A stretch of DNA of 64,000 nucleotides from NCBI GenBank assembly GCA_964431965.1, contig CAYSLU010000021.1:1698-65697 (forward strand). The letters run 5' to 3'. The translations under genes were made by a program, and so were the position numbers. The stretch comes from an uncultured Verrucomicrobiota bacterium (GTDB lineage Bacteria > Verrucomicrobiota > Kiritimatiellia > CAIKKV01 > CAYSLU01). Shown piece by piece: positions 47,447 through 55,853 of this stretch; positions within the stretch are counted from its first letter, which is position 1; each line of letters opens with the position of its first letter. Under the pieces are notes generated by a model. It was not told the DNA's origin and did not search any database. It worked only from the letters and a program-made list of their open reading frames with translations.

Positions 47447-48631
47447 TTAGAAGAGGCTGAGGTGCCGGGCGGGCACGATGATCTTATCGCCGTTCTCGAG
47501 CGCGACGTCGTCTTCGGTCCGGCCTTCCTTCATGAGCACGTCTGCATTCCCCAGAATCTCGGTTTCGACGCCGTTCTTGTCCCGCCGGACGATTCGGATC
47601 GAATCCCCCTTGGCGAACGGAGGCAACCCCCCGATCTTGAAGAGCAGGTACATGAGGGTGCAGGGCTCCTCCGCGGCGAACCGAACCACTCCGGGATTCT
47701 TGACTTCGCCCAGCAGCAGGATGTGCTTCTCGCCCATCGGCCCCTGCACGCGGTTCTCGTACGAGAACACGTGGATGATGTCGTTGTTCTGCAGGAACAC
47801 CTGGGGAATGTTGGGTCGCCCCTTGTCGTCGACCAGCGCCACGCTCTCGCCCGGCGCGGCCACTTGAAACGGTGAAAGCATGCCGCCGCGCACAATCTTG
47901 ACGCGCGCGTTGTTGGCCTGGGGGCGGAGTCCGCCGGCCCGCAGCAGCGCCTCGTGGAGCGTGATCGACGACCCGGGGCCGATCTTGAGCGTACCCGGGC
48001 GGAGCACTTCCCCGCTGATCCCGACCTTGTCGTATGATGCCTTCGCCATGCGGACGGTCACGGTGGCCTTTCTCAGATAGCGGCTTTCGAGCACGCTCCG
48101 AATTTTGGCGGCCACCTGCTCGACGGTCATGTCATGGAGCGTCACGAGGCCCACGTACCCGAAATCGATCGCCGAGAAATCGTTGACGGCGTAGCGCCCG
48201 GTGAGGCTGGGATCCTCTTCGACGGTGATCTGCAGCACGCTGTCGGGCTGAACCGTCACAGGCCCCGACTCGCTCGGCTGTGCTTCGTCGGCCGGCGCCT
48301 GCAGGGGCGGTTCCTCTCCGGCGGGCGGGGGTGGCGAGGCTGGAAGGCGAGGCGCTGTGCCCGGCGTGGCCGCGAGGGGTGGGGCGACACGGGCGGCAGC
48401 GGTTGCCGGGGTGACGGAAGGAGCCAAAGCCGGGGGCGTCGATGCGGACGATGTGGGTGTGGCGGCTGGAGCGCCCGAGTTGTTGGCGGCCGCCTCCTCC
48501 TGCAGGATCTGTGCGATCAACTCGTCCGTCCGGCGCGAGGACGCACATCCGCCGCCCAACCAGCCGGCCAGCGCGGGGGCCATGAGAAGCGCAATCGCCA
48601 CGCGCAGGCAACGGTTGGACTGCGTTTTCAT
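47447..48631 (-). CDS. Wza/OPX-type polysaccharide export lipoprotein with SLBB domains
   Basis: Lipobox GGGC, Pro/Ala-rich linker, poly_export motif, GEV..PG SLBB repeats, LENGDKIIVP. Confidence 0.85.
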   Translation of the reverse strand: MKTQSNRCLRVAIALLMAPALAGWLGGGCASSRRTDELIAQILQEEAAANNSGAPAATPTSSASTPPALAPSVTPATAAARVAPPLAATPGTAPRLPASPPPPAGEEPPLQAPADEAQPSESGPVTVQPDSVLQITVEEDPSLTGRYAVNDFSAIDFGYVGLVTLHDMTVEQVAAKIRSVLESRYLRKATVTVRMAKASYDKVGISGEVLRPGTLKIGPGSSITLHEALLRAGGLRPQANNARVKIVRGGMLSPFQVAAPGESVALVDDKGRPNIPQVFLQNNDIIHVFSYENRVQGPMGEKHILLLGEVKNPGVVRFAAEEPCTLMYLLFKIGGLPPFAKGDSIRIVRRDKNGVETEILGNADVLMKEGRTEDDVALENGDKIIVPARHLSLF

Positions 48632-48714
48632 GGAATACTTCCAGCCGCCCCGCAACCTGCGGGGATCCGCCATTTCCTCACCAGCTGCCAAATCGAGCCA
48701 ACTGTAGCAAACAA

Positions 48715-48743
48715 ATTCTACGTATTCACATCCTTGGCGTCAA
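48715..48743 (-). promoter_or_regulatory. Near-consensus sigma70 promoter of the wza-wzc operon
   Basis: TTGACG-N17-TAGAAT on - strand in an AT-rich intergenic patch. Confidence 0.7.
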
Positions 48744-48790
48744 TTGTCGGATCGGGGCGGGCGGAATCCGGCCGTCGGGGGGGGGCGCGG

Positions 48791-51700
48791 TCACCACAGC
48801 CGCCGCAACGTGCCGGACTGCTCGTCCACCCGTCGGATGAGATCGCGCGCCCTCAGGTCCGCCAGCGCGGAGCGGGTTGCGTCCCGCTGGATCCGTTCGA
48901 GCGTCCGGCGAGCCTCTTCATACCGCCCGAGGGAGAACTGGATCTCGGCGGCGTTGATGTTCATTTCGGCCCAGGCGTAGTCGCCCTGCCGTGCCAACTT
49001 CAGCGCCCGCGTCATGTACTGCTCGGCCTTGGATGGCGCGCCGGATCGGAGGAAGACGACGGCGGCCGTGTCCAAGGCCGCAAAGCTGTTGCTCCCGATG
49101 GTGACCAGGCGATCCACCAGCTGGATGGCGCGCGGCGTCGTCCGGGGCTCCTGAGCCAGGCAGTAGACGAGGTTGTTCAGCACGCTCAGCTCGTTGGGAT
49201 ACTTCGCGTAGGCCGTCTCGAGAATGCGTAGTGCCTTGTCGGACTTTCCCTCGAGCCGGGCGGCTTCGGCCGCCAGCAGCAGCGTCCTCAAGTGGACGTC
49301 GGCTCCGCCCTTCTGGACGGCTGCATCCAAGACGGCCACGGCCCGCTCCCTCTGTCCCTTCGAGAAATAGACATCCCCCAGCTGCTCGGCCCACTGGTTT
49401 TCGTTGGGGTATCGCTGGCTCAGGCTTTCCAGGGCGGACACCAAGTCCTGGTCGAGCGATCGCTCCGCGGTCTTGATCCCGACGATCACGCGATAGAACG
49501 GCCATGGTTCGTCCGCCTCGCCCGCTCCAGCCTGCGCGCACGAGAGGGCCCACTTGTTGTCCCGGACAGCCAGGGCACAGCGCAGCCCCAGCATGTAGGC
49601 GGGCAGCATTCCCCGTCCGTTGGCGATGGAGTTGCTGGCGGCCAGGCAGGCCGCGTTGGTCATCCCGTTCCTGAGCAGGAAGTCCCCGGCTCGCACCATC
49701 GTGCCGGGAGAGAACCGCGTCCCCGCGATGGCTCCCCCGATCTCCCGGTCGGCCCATGTCCCGGCGCCGTCCGCGCGGGTCTTGGCCACGAGGTGAGCGA
49801 GCCAGACCTCGGAATCCTGGGGGCACAGCGTGCGCGCGGACTCCACGACGTCCTTCCGTCCCCCGGTGAGCGCGATCAGGATCCGGTGCAGCATGCTGGA
49901 ATGGGGGCAGAGCTCGGCGGCCCGCGCGGCGGCGCCCCGTGCCTCGTTCACCCGTCCGGCGCCGGCCAACAGCATGGTCAGCTCGTTCAGCGCCACGGCT
50001 TGTTCATAGGAATTCCGTCCGATCGACGTCCATCGCGCCAGCTCGGATGACGCGCCCTCGGCTTTCCCGGCCAGCCACTGGCGCCGGATCGCGTACAGAT
50101 TGGTCAGGAACGGGCTGGGAACGCCCGCCTCCGGCCCCGGAAGCCGGTTGCGCTCGTACTGGGCTTGGACGGCGGTGCGGTTGGTGGGGCCCTGCCAGGC
50201 TACGGTCCACTCCGCCGGCGGCAGGAACAGCGTCTGCGGTCGCCCGTCGGTCGAGGGGAGCTTCACGCCGCCGGCCGCTTTGGCCATCTGGGCGGCGGCC
50301 CGATAGCGCTGGGTCTCGAACAGCAGGCGTGCCATGACGGGAGCCCGCTCAACGTCCGGCAGGCGGCTGGTGAGGAAGAGGGCTTCCTCCTTGAATCCGT
50401 AGAAGTCCCATATGGCGCTGATGGCCGACCGGACCTGATCGGAGTCTGGCAAATCCCGCTGGAACCGCTCTGCGATCGTCATGGCGTAGACGCCCATCTG
50501 CAGATGGAGCAGGCAGTTGACCATCCGAAGCCCGGCGGCCATGTCGAGTTCGTCGTCCTCTCTCTGGACCTCGTGCAGCGCCTCGTAGGCGGAGGGCCAC
50601 GCCTGGGTCTTTTCGTACAGCCCGACCTGCTCCTGCAGGATCTCGCGCCGCTTGCCCGGGTACCGAGCGGCCAGCTTGGACACGCGCTCGAGCGCGTCGT
50701 CGATCCGCCCCGCCATCTCCAGCACCATGGGGTACGCCATGTCCATGCGGGGCGTGAGCGTCCCCGTTTCCTCCGCCTTTCGGAGCTTGGCCAGCGACTC
50801 GTCCACGTACCGGCGCCGGATGTCCGTCGATCCGTCCTGGGCGATCTCATGGCCGTGCGGCATGCGGCTCCAGATTCCGCGCCAGGGCGAGAGATTCCGC
50901 GTGAGCCGGCAGAACGACGAGAGGTTGATCGTATCCGTGTCGGTGTCCGCCTTCAGGTTCAATGCCTGGCGCCGCATCAGGAACCAGCTGTCGGCGAAGC
51001 GCGCCGGAACGAGCGGCAGAGCGAGATCCTCCGGGGCCTTCGACTGGATCCGGCAGTAGGCCAGCCATGCGAGGTCGGGGCGGTTCAGGGCGAAGGCCGA
51101 GTCGATGATCCGGGTCAAGTCCTCGACGTCGGTCTGCCGAAGGCTGGCCTTGAAGGTCTCGGCGAACAGCGCCTCCCACTCCGGGCCCTGCCGGAGCATC
51201 GCCATCGTGAGCATCGCGTTGAGGAAGAGCGGTTCGCGGGGCCAGGACTTGATGCCCCGGCGCAGTGCTTCGGCGGCGCCGCTGCGGTCGTTCATGCGCA
51301 GGCCGGCGGCGAACGAGATGGCGGCATGAAGCGGCTGGCGGTATGGGGTTACCCCGTCCGACTTCCATATCGCCCGCCACTTGTGCCGCGCGGCCATGTA
51401 GGGAAAGAGCGCGCGCACGCGTTCCTGCAGGAGGTAGGACTGGGCGGCCTTCGTGACGTTGGCTTCCACCACGTCCGCCTGGTCGGATGCAGCGCCGAGC
51501 TCGGCCAGGATCATGGCCACCGTGGGCCAGTTTCGAGTGTCCTCCGGGAGGTCCGAGATGACCTGCAGCGCCCGGGCCGTCTCGCCCAAGCCGCCGAGGG
51601 CCTGGGCCTCGACCACGCGGTCGTCCATCGTGCGCTTGTCCGGCGGGATGCGGCGGATCTCGACCAGGGCCTCCGTGAACTTGCGCCGCTGGACGAGCAC

Positions 51701-52831
51701 ATTGAGGCGGTCCTGCTTGAGCGCGGCGTTGTCCGGAGTCAGGCGCAGGGCCGCCTGAATGGCCCGCTCCGCGGCCTCGGGATTGGTGAGCAGCAGCTCC
51801 TCGGCCGCCGCGCGGATCATTTCCACGCGGTGGCTGGGCCGCAGTTTGTACGCCACGGCGGCGACGGCCACCGCGGCGACGGCGATCACGGTGGCCGCCG
51901 CTGCGCTTCGCGAGAGCACGGTCCAGAAGCGGGGAATGCGCGACGCCCTGTCCCGGGGCTCCTGGTCCCCGGCGCGCGAGGCCCGCTGGCGCAGGCGCGC
52001 GTCCGTTCGCCAGCGCTTCCAGAACGATGCCTCGAAGTGGATGGCCACTACGCTGACCACCAGGAGCACGCCCAGCGAGTCGTGCAGGAAATTCGTGGCC
52101 CACTCCTGCGGCATGTTGGCTCCGACCTTCACCATGACGAACACCCGCACGATGTTGAGCACCAGCACCTGGGCCAGGCCCGCCGCCGCCACGCCGACGA
52201 TCTCTGCCGCCTTCAGCCGTAGCAGCATGCCGACGCCCACCCCGCACAGGAGAACCGTCACGGCCGTCCGCATGCCGCTGCACTCCTCCGGCACCATGAA
52301 CGACCGGAAGCCGGTGTGCAGGAGCAGCCCGTCGGCCCAGACCCGGACGTTGACGGTGTGCAGCAGCGCGCCCGCCCCGATCACCGACAGGCGTTGCATG
52401 GCGAGTTCGAGCGGGCCGAACAGCTGGCCGGGCAGGGGATGGACCCAGTACAGAATGATCAGTGCCCGCGCGATGTCGCCGCCGAACCGGGCGGGGAGCG
52501 ACCAGCGCATGCAGGAGAAGAGGAGCAGCAGGAGCCCCAGCCACTCGAACTGCCGGACATCGAAGACGATGGCCAGGATGACGAGCGCGGCCCCGCCGAC
52601 CCCGGCCGGGAGGACCAGCCGGTCCGAAATCACCAAGTCCGGAGCTTCCGGCTTGGGGCGGAGCAGGATCAGGGCGGAGAACAGGAAGCCCAGGGTGAAC
52701 CGCAGGATCCCGTTGGGATCACCCGTTACCCGGGCGAAATTCACCCAGAACCAGAGGGCAAACAGCATGGCCGCCAGAACGAGAACCGAGCGCTGGGGGG
52801 ATAGGGCGGTGCGTGCCATGAAGCCGCTCAA
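48791..52831 (-). CDS. Exosortase domain fused to about 1000 aa of TPR-like helical repeats
   Basis: N-terminal about 8 TM with VPEECSGMRT, LNIVRV, FLHD; extra TM; TPR-like segments e.g. IQAALRLTPDN, VLNNLVYCLA, ALDTAAVVF, LGRYEEARR. Confidence 0.85.
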   Translation of the reverse strand: MSGFMARTALSPQRSVLVLAAMLFALWFWVNFARVTGDPNGILRFTLGFLFSALILLRPKPEAPDLVISDRLVLPAGVGGAALVILAIVFDVRQFEWLGLLLLLFSCMRWSLPARFGGDIARALIILYWVHPLPGQLFGPLELAMQRLSVIGAGALLHTVNVRVWADGLLLHTGFRSFMVPEECSGMRTAVTVLLCGVGVGMLLRLKAAEIVGVAAAGLAQVLVLNIVRVFVMVKVGANMPQEWATNFLHDSLGVLLVVSVVAIHFEASFWKRWRTDARLRQRASRAGDQEPRDRASRIPRFWTVLSRSAAAATVIAVAAVAVAAVAYKLRPSHRVEMIRAAAEELLLTNPEAAERAIQAALRLTPDNAALKQDRLNVLVQRRKFTEALVEIRRIPPDKRTMDDRVVEAQALGGLGETARALQVISDLPEDTRNWPTVAMILAELGAASDQADVVEANVTKAAQSYLLQERVRALFPYMAARHKWRAIWKSDGVTPYRQPLHAAISFAAGLRMNDRSGAAEALRRGIKSWPREPLFLNAMLTMAMLRQGPEWEALFAETFKASLRQTDVEDLTRIIDSAFALNRPDLAWLAYCRIQSKAPEDLALPLVPARFADSWFLMRRQALNLKADTDTDTINLSSFCRLTRNLSPWRGIWSRMPHGHEIAQDGSTDIRRRYVDESLAKLRKAEETGTLTPRMDMAYPMVLEMAGRIDDALERVSKLAARYPGKRREILQEQVGLYEKTQAWPSAYEALHEVQREDDELDMAAGLRMVNCLLHLQMGVYAMTIAERFQRDLPDSDQVRSAISAIWDFYGFKEEALFLTSRLPDVERAPVMARLLFETQRYRAAAQMAKAAGGVKLPSTDGRPQTLFLPPAEWTVAWQGPTNRTAVQAQYERNRLPGPEAGVPSPFLTNLYAIRRQWLAGKAEGASSELARWTSIGRNSYEQAVALNELTMLLAGAGRVNEARGAAARAAELCPHSSMLHRILIALTGGRKDVVESARTLCPQDSEVWLAHLVAKTRADGAGTWADREIGGAIAGTRFSPGTMVRAGDFLLRNGMTNAACLAASNSIANGRGMLPAYMLGLRCALAVRDNKWALSCAQAGAGEADEPWPFYRVIVGIKTAERSLDQDLVSALESLSQRYPNENQWAEQLGDVYFSKGQRERAVAVLDAAVQKGGADVHLRTLLLAAEAARLEGKSDKALRILETAYAKYPNELSVLNNLVYCLAQEPRTTPRAIQLVDRLVTIGSNSFAALDTAAVVFLRSGAPSKAEQYMTRALKLARQGDYAWAEMNINAAEIQFSLGRYEEARRTLERIQRDATRSALADLRARDLIRRVDEQSGTLRRLW

Positions 52832-54303
52832 AACTCGTGCGTGTACGTCAGCAGCGCCCAGAACGTGTCGCGCGTGAACGCGATCCCGTCATTGTCGCTG
52901 AATCGCTCGGCGTGTTCGACCGAGAGCGAAAGCGATAGCTCCTTTGCGAGCTGGAACGCGAGCCCCACGCTGCTCACCCACGTGCTGTAGTCGGTACTCA
53001 AGGTCGGGTCGGTGAGCAGCGAGGAGAGGGCGGCGGAGTTGGTCGATAGCGAGGAGGACGAGTCATTGTGGCGGACGTCGTAGGCCGTCGCCCCCAGCAG
53101 ATCGACTCGCTTGGAGAGTGGATGCGTAGCCGAGCCCCCGACGCTCATGGTCGAGTACCCGGGCAGGTCGGTGAGCTGCGGATCGGCCTGCGTGTAGCGG
53201 GCGAAGGCGCTGGCGGCCAACCGGTCGCTGGCCCAGCTGATGTCGTAGCCGACCGACGTGTCGATCTCCACCGCGGTCCGGAATCCGCCGGACTGGCTGC
53301 GGCTGGCGTTCAGCCCGTGGCTCAGGTTCTTGGACAGCTGGGTCTTCAGACCGGCGGAGCCGGTGAGGGCTTCAGACGACCCGCTGTCCTCGCCCGGTCC
53401 GGGCGAGATCAGCCCGTAGATCGAGTAGCCGATGGCGCCGCTCAGCCTCGTGCGCTCAGTCGGCGACAGCCCCGTATTGACCTCGTAGTTCTGGCCGAAT
53501 ACGTTGCCCCGGTCGGCGGCCGGGTAGATGCCGTAGGTGTAGCCGGCGCTGACGCCGACCACCCAGACGGGGTTCACCTGCCACTGGTAGGTCTGGCTCT
53601 CGGCGTACGTCGTGCTGCGCACGTCTTCAAAGCGGCTGCCGAGCGGAATCACGTCGCCGCGGGTCGCCGATAGCGCCAGGCTCTGATCGGAGGCCGTGAG
53701 CCAGTCCAGGTCCAGCCCCAGAAGATTGTCGAAATGCTCGTATCTCCGGCCGCCGTACAGATCGATCATGCCCCGGGAGTCAATGTAATCGATCCGATAC
53801 GTCGGGCGGTCGTATACCCGCCCCCTCACGTTCGGCGCGAGCTGGAATTGCAGGGCGAAATCCCCCGTGATGCCGGAGCCGGGCGGGGTGATGAAGAAGC
53901 CGCCGTCCTGAGTGCCCAGGGGATAGTACTCGTAGCCGACGGAAATGGAGGCCTCCAGGTCCGTGTGCCGGTTAATCATGAGGTAGTTGCGGAACGACAT
54001 CGTCGAGATGAGCGGAATCTCGGAGCCGTCTTCCGTGATCTGGCCCCGCCCCTCGCCCCGGATGGCATCCGTCTGGGCCTGGGTGGATCGGCTGTAGCGA
54101 TAGCCCGCGGTCTGGGTGAACGTCCAGTTCGAGTAGAACGGTCCCAGACGGAAGGTGGCATAGTCGGGAATTCCGACTTCCCGGTAGTTCGTATAGCGCA
54201 GGCTTTGGGCATGGGCGGCCCCGGCGGAAGCCATCAGAAGGCTGCCGAGCATCAGGCTGGCTGCGCCCGACGGTCGGCCGCGCCGCTGGGAGGCGATGTT
54301 CAT
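52828..54303 (-). CDS. Outer-membrane beta-barrel associated with EPS export
   Basis: Signal peptide (AHA|Q), alternating beta-strand pattern, C-terminal YTHEF beta-signal. Confidence 0.75.
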   Translation of the reverse strand: MNIASQRRGRPSGAASLMLGSLLMASAGAAHAQSLRYTNYREVGIPDYATFRLGPFYSNWTFTQTAGYRYSRSTQAQTDAIRGEGRGQITEDGSEIPLISTMSFRNYLMINRHTDLEASISVGYEYYPLGTQDGGFFITPPGSGITGDFALQFQLAPNVRGRVYDRPTYRIDYIDSRGMIDLYGGRRYEHFDNLLGLDLDWLTASDQSLALSATRGDVIPLGSRFEDVRSTTYAESQTYQWQVNPVWVVGVSAGYTYGIYPAADRGNVFGQNYEVNTGLSPTERTRLSGAIGYSIYGLISPGPGEDSGSSEALTGSAGLKTQLSKNLSHGLNASRSQSGGFRTAVEIDTSVGYDISWASDRLAASAFARYTQADPQLTDLPGYSTMSVGGSATHPLSKRVDLLGATAYDVRHNDSSSSLSTNSAALSSLLTDPTLSTDYSTWVSSVGLAFQLAKELSLSLSVEHAERFSDNDGIAFTRDTFWALLTYTHEF

Positions 54304-54404
54304 CTTGATCCTTACGAACGCGCAGCCCCATGGCTGCGCCCAACCCGTATACCCTCAAACGCTATCACGTCACGCCGCCGTCCTTCCACGAAAAAAGCGG
54401 GTTC

Positions 54405-55818
54405 TGTCGTGTAGCATTTGAACTTTCCGTTCTGCGTGCGTTGAACGTTCCGTGCGTGCGTTGAAGTTTCCGCGAGGGGTCAGATGGTCCAGAAGGGGGC
54501 GTGGCGCTTGTACGAGCACAGCAAGATGGGTTTACCGCCAGTGCGGGGTTCATTGGCGAGGAAGGATACCGTGCCATCGGGATGGTCGCATCGCAGGACC
54601 CAGGAGTTGAACCGCGGCCCCAGCTTGACCTTGGTCGTATCGAGGCTCACGCAGCCATCGAGACCGACGCGGACGCGCTGACGTACCGACCAGACGTACT
54701 TCCACCAAGGGTCCTTGCGGCAGGGACGCAGGAGGCAACGCCCCTCCCGTTTGGCCCGCCGCCAAGCGGTGTTGGGTGTCATCTGGAGTTCGCGGTGTAT
54801 TTCCTCCTGATTGTGATGATGGCGCAGGTCGTCGAGAGGCGGATTGGCCGGTTCGATCTCTCCGATGGCGTGAGCCGCAAAGAAGCTCGGCAAGCGGTTC
54901 TGCCAGAACTGATGCTGCTGTTCGATCTTGCCATTGGCTTGGGGCGTGGGAGCCGGCTTCAACGTCACGTCATAGCGCCGGAGTGCCTCAGCCAAGTACG
55001 TCATGCTGTCGGGGATCTTGGAGAAGAAGAAGCTGTGGTGGTCCACGTATAGGGCCAACGGCAGCCCATACTCCTCAAAGGCGCGGGGCAGGAAATCCAT
55101 GTACGCCAGCAGGCATTCTCTCGGGTAGAGCCGGGCGCCCACGATCACGCGACTGCAGTCATCCACCATGTCCAGCAACGGATACAGGCGATCCTCTTGC
55201 CCAAACCAGTGGTGGGGTGTTGCATCCAACTGCCAGAGGGCACCAAGTTCCGCACATTGCCACCGCCGGATCGGCCCTGAACTGGTCTTCTTGGGTGGAC
55301 CCGCATGCGCACAGCCCTGCTGCAACGCCCAGCGTCGGACCGTGGCCCGATCCGTGTGGAACTGATGCAGCCGCAAAGCCTCGGAGGCGCAGAACGCATA
55401 GGGCGCCGCAGGCCGGACTGTCAGCATCTTGCGCCACAGCGCTTCGACGGAATCGGGAATCTGGCGCTGGCGATTGCCTCCTGACTTGCCAGGACCCCAT
55501 TCATCCGTTCGGCCGTCGGCACAGGCCTGCAGGTACCCGTGGTACAACTGCCGCACGCGCCGTTCACTCACCCCCACTTCCGTCGCCACCTCCCGGGCCG
55601 TGATGGCTCCCGTTCTTAGTTGGCCCATCAGATGCCGCACGTGCCCGGACCCCACTCGCCCCATCAGTTGAACGTAGTTCTTTTCATCATCCCATCCTAT
55701 CTCTCCCGCCCATATCCCTCCACGCTTCAAGCGGAAAGTTCAACGCACGCATCCGGAACCTTCAACGCACGGGGGGAAGCTTCAACGCACAGACGGAAAG
55801 TTTGTTCGCACCACGACA
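54405..55818 (-). mobile_element. Complete insertion sequence, IS1202/IS481-like, 1414 bp
   Basis: Ends TGTCGTG...CACGACA; 16-bp direct repeat CGAAAAAAGCGGGTTC at 54389-54404 and 55819-55834; repeated GTGCGTTGAAnnTTCC motifs inside both ends. Confidence 0.92.
54480..55664 (-). CDS. DDE transposase (HTH + rve integrase core); start uncertain (ORF open to 55730)
   Basis: GVSERRVRQL HTH, WQLDATPH, DDCSR, YGLPLALYVD, PQANGKIE. Confidence 0.9.
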   Translation of the reverse strand: MGRVGSGHVRHLMGQLRTGAITAREVATEVGVSERRVRQLYHGYLQACADGRTDEWGPGKSGGNRQRQIPDSVEALWRKMLTVRPAAPYAFCASEALRLHQFHTDRATVRRWALQQGCAHAGPPKKTSSGPIRRWQCAELGALWQLDATPHHWFGQEDRLYPLLDMVDDCSRVIVGARLYPRECLLAYMDFLPRAFEEYGLPLALYVDHHSFFFSKIPDSMTYLAEALRRYDVTLKPAPTPQANGKIEQQHQFWQNRLPSFFAAHAIGEIEPANPPLDDLRHHHNQEEIHRELQMTPNTAWRRAKREGRCLLRPCRKDPWWKYVWSVRQRVRVGLDGCVSLDTTKVKLGPRFNSWVLRCDHPDGTVSFLANEPRTGGKPILLCSYKRHAPFWTI

Positions 55819-55820
55819 CG

Positions 55821-55853
55821 AAAAAAGCGGGTTCGGCGCCGCGGGCAGGCGCC
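55821..55853 (-). terminator. Probable intrinsic terminator of the GT-C gene, also the IS target site
   Basis: On - strand after the stop: GC-rich stems (GGCGCC..GGCGCC or GCGG..CCGC) followed by TTTTTT. Confidence 0.45.

Noticed and set aside
54320-54339. 8-bp inverted repeat GCGCAGCC-CCAT-GGCTGCGC upstream of the beta-barrel gene
   Set aside because: GC-rich hairpin with no U-tract or second copy; not distinguishable from chance or a simple 5' stabiliser
54421-54475. Short repeats at 54421-54475 and 55730-55800 as a mini-CRISPR
   Set aside because: Spacing is only about 20 bp, they lie in inverted orientation at the two IS ends, and no cas genes are present
55665-55700. Programmed frameshift at the transposase start (ATG ATG AAA AGA vs AAG AAC TAC frame)
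   Set aside because: No canonical A-AAA-AAG slippery heptamer; in-frame starts at 55664 and 55730 suffice. A 1-nt deletion cannot be excluded
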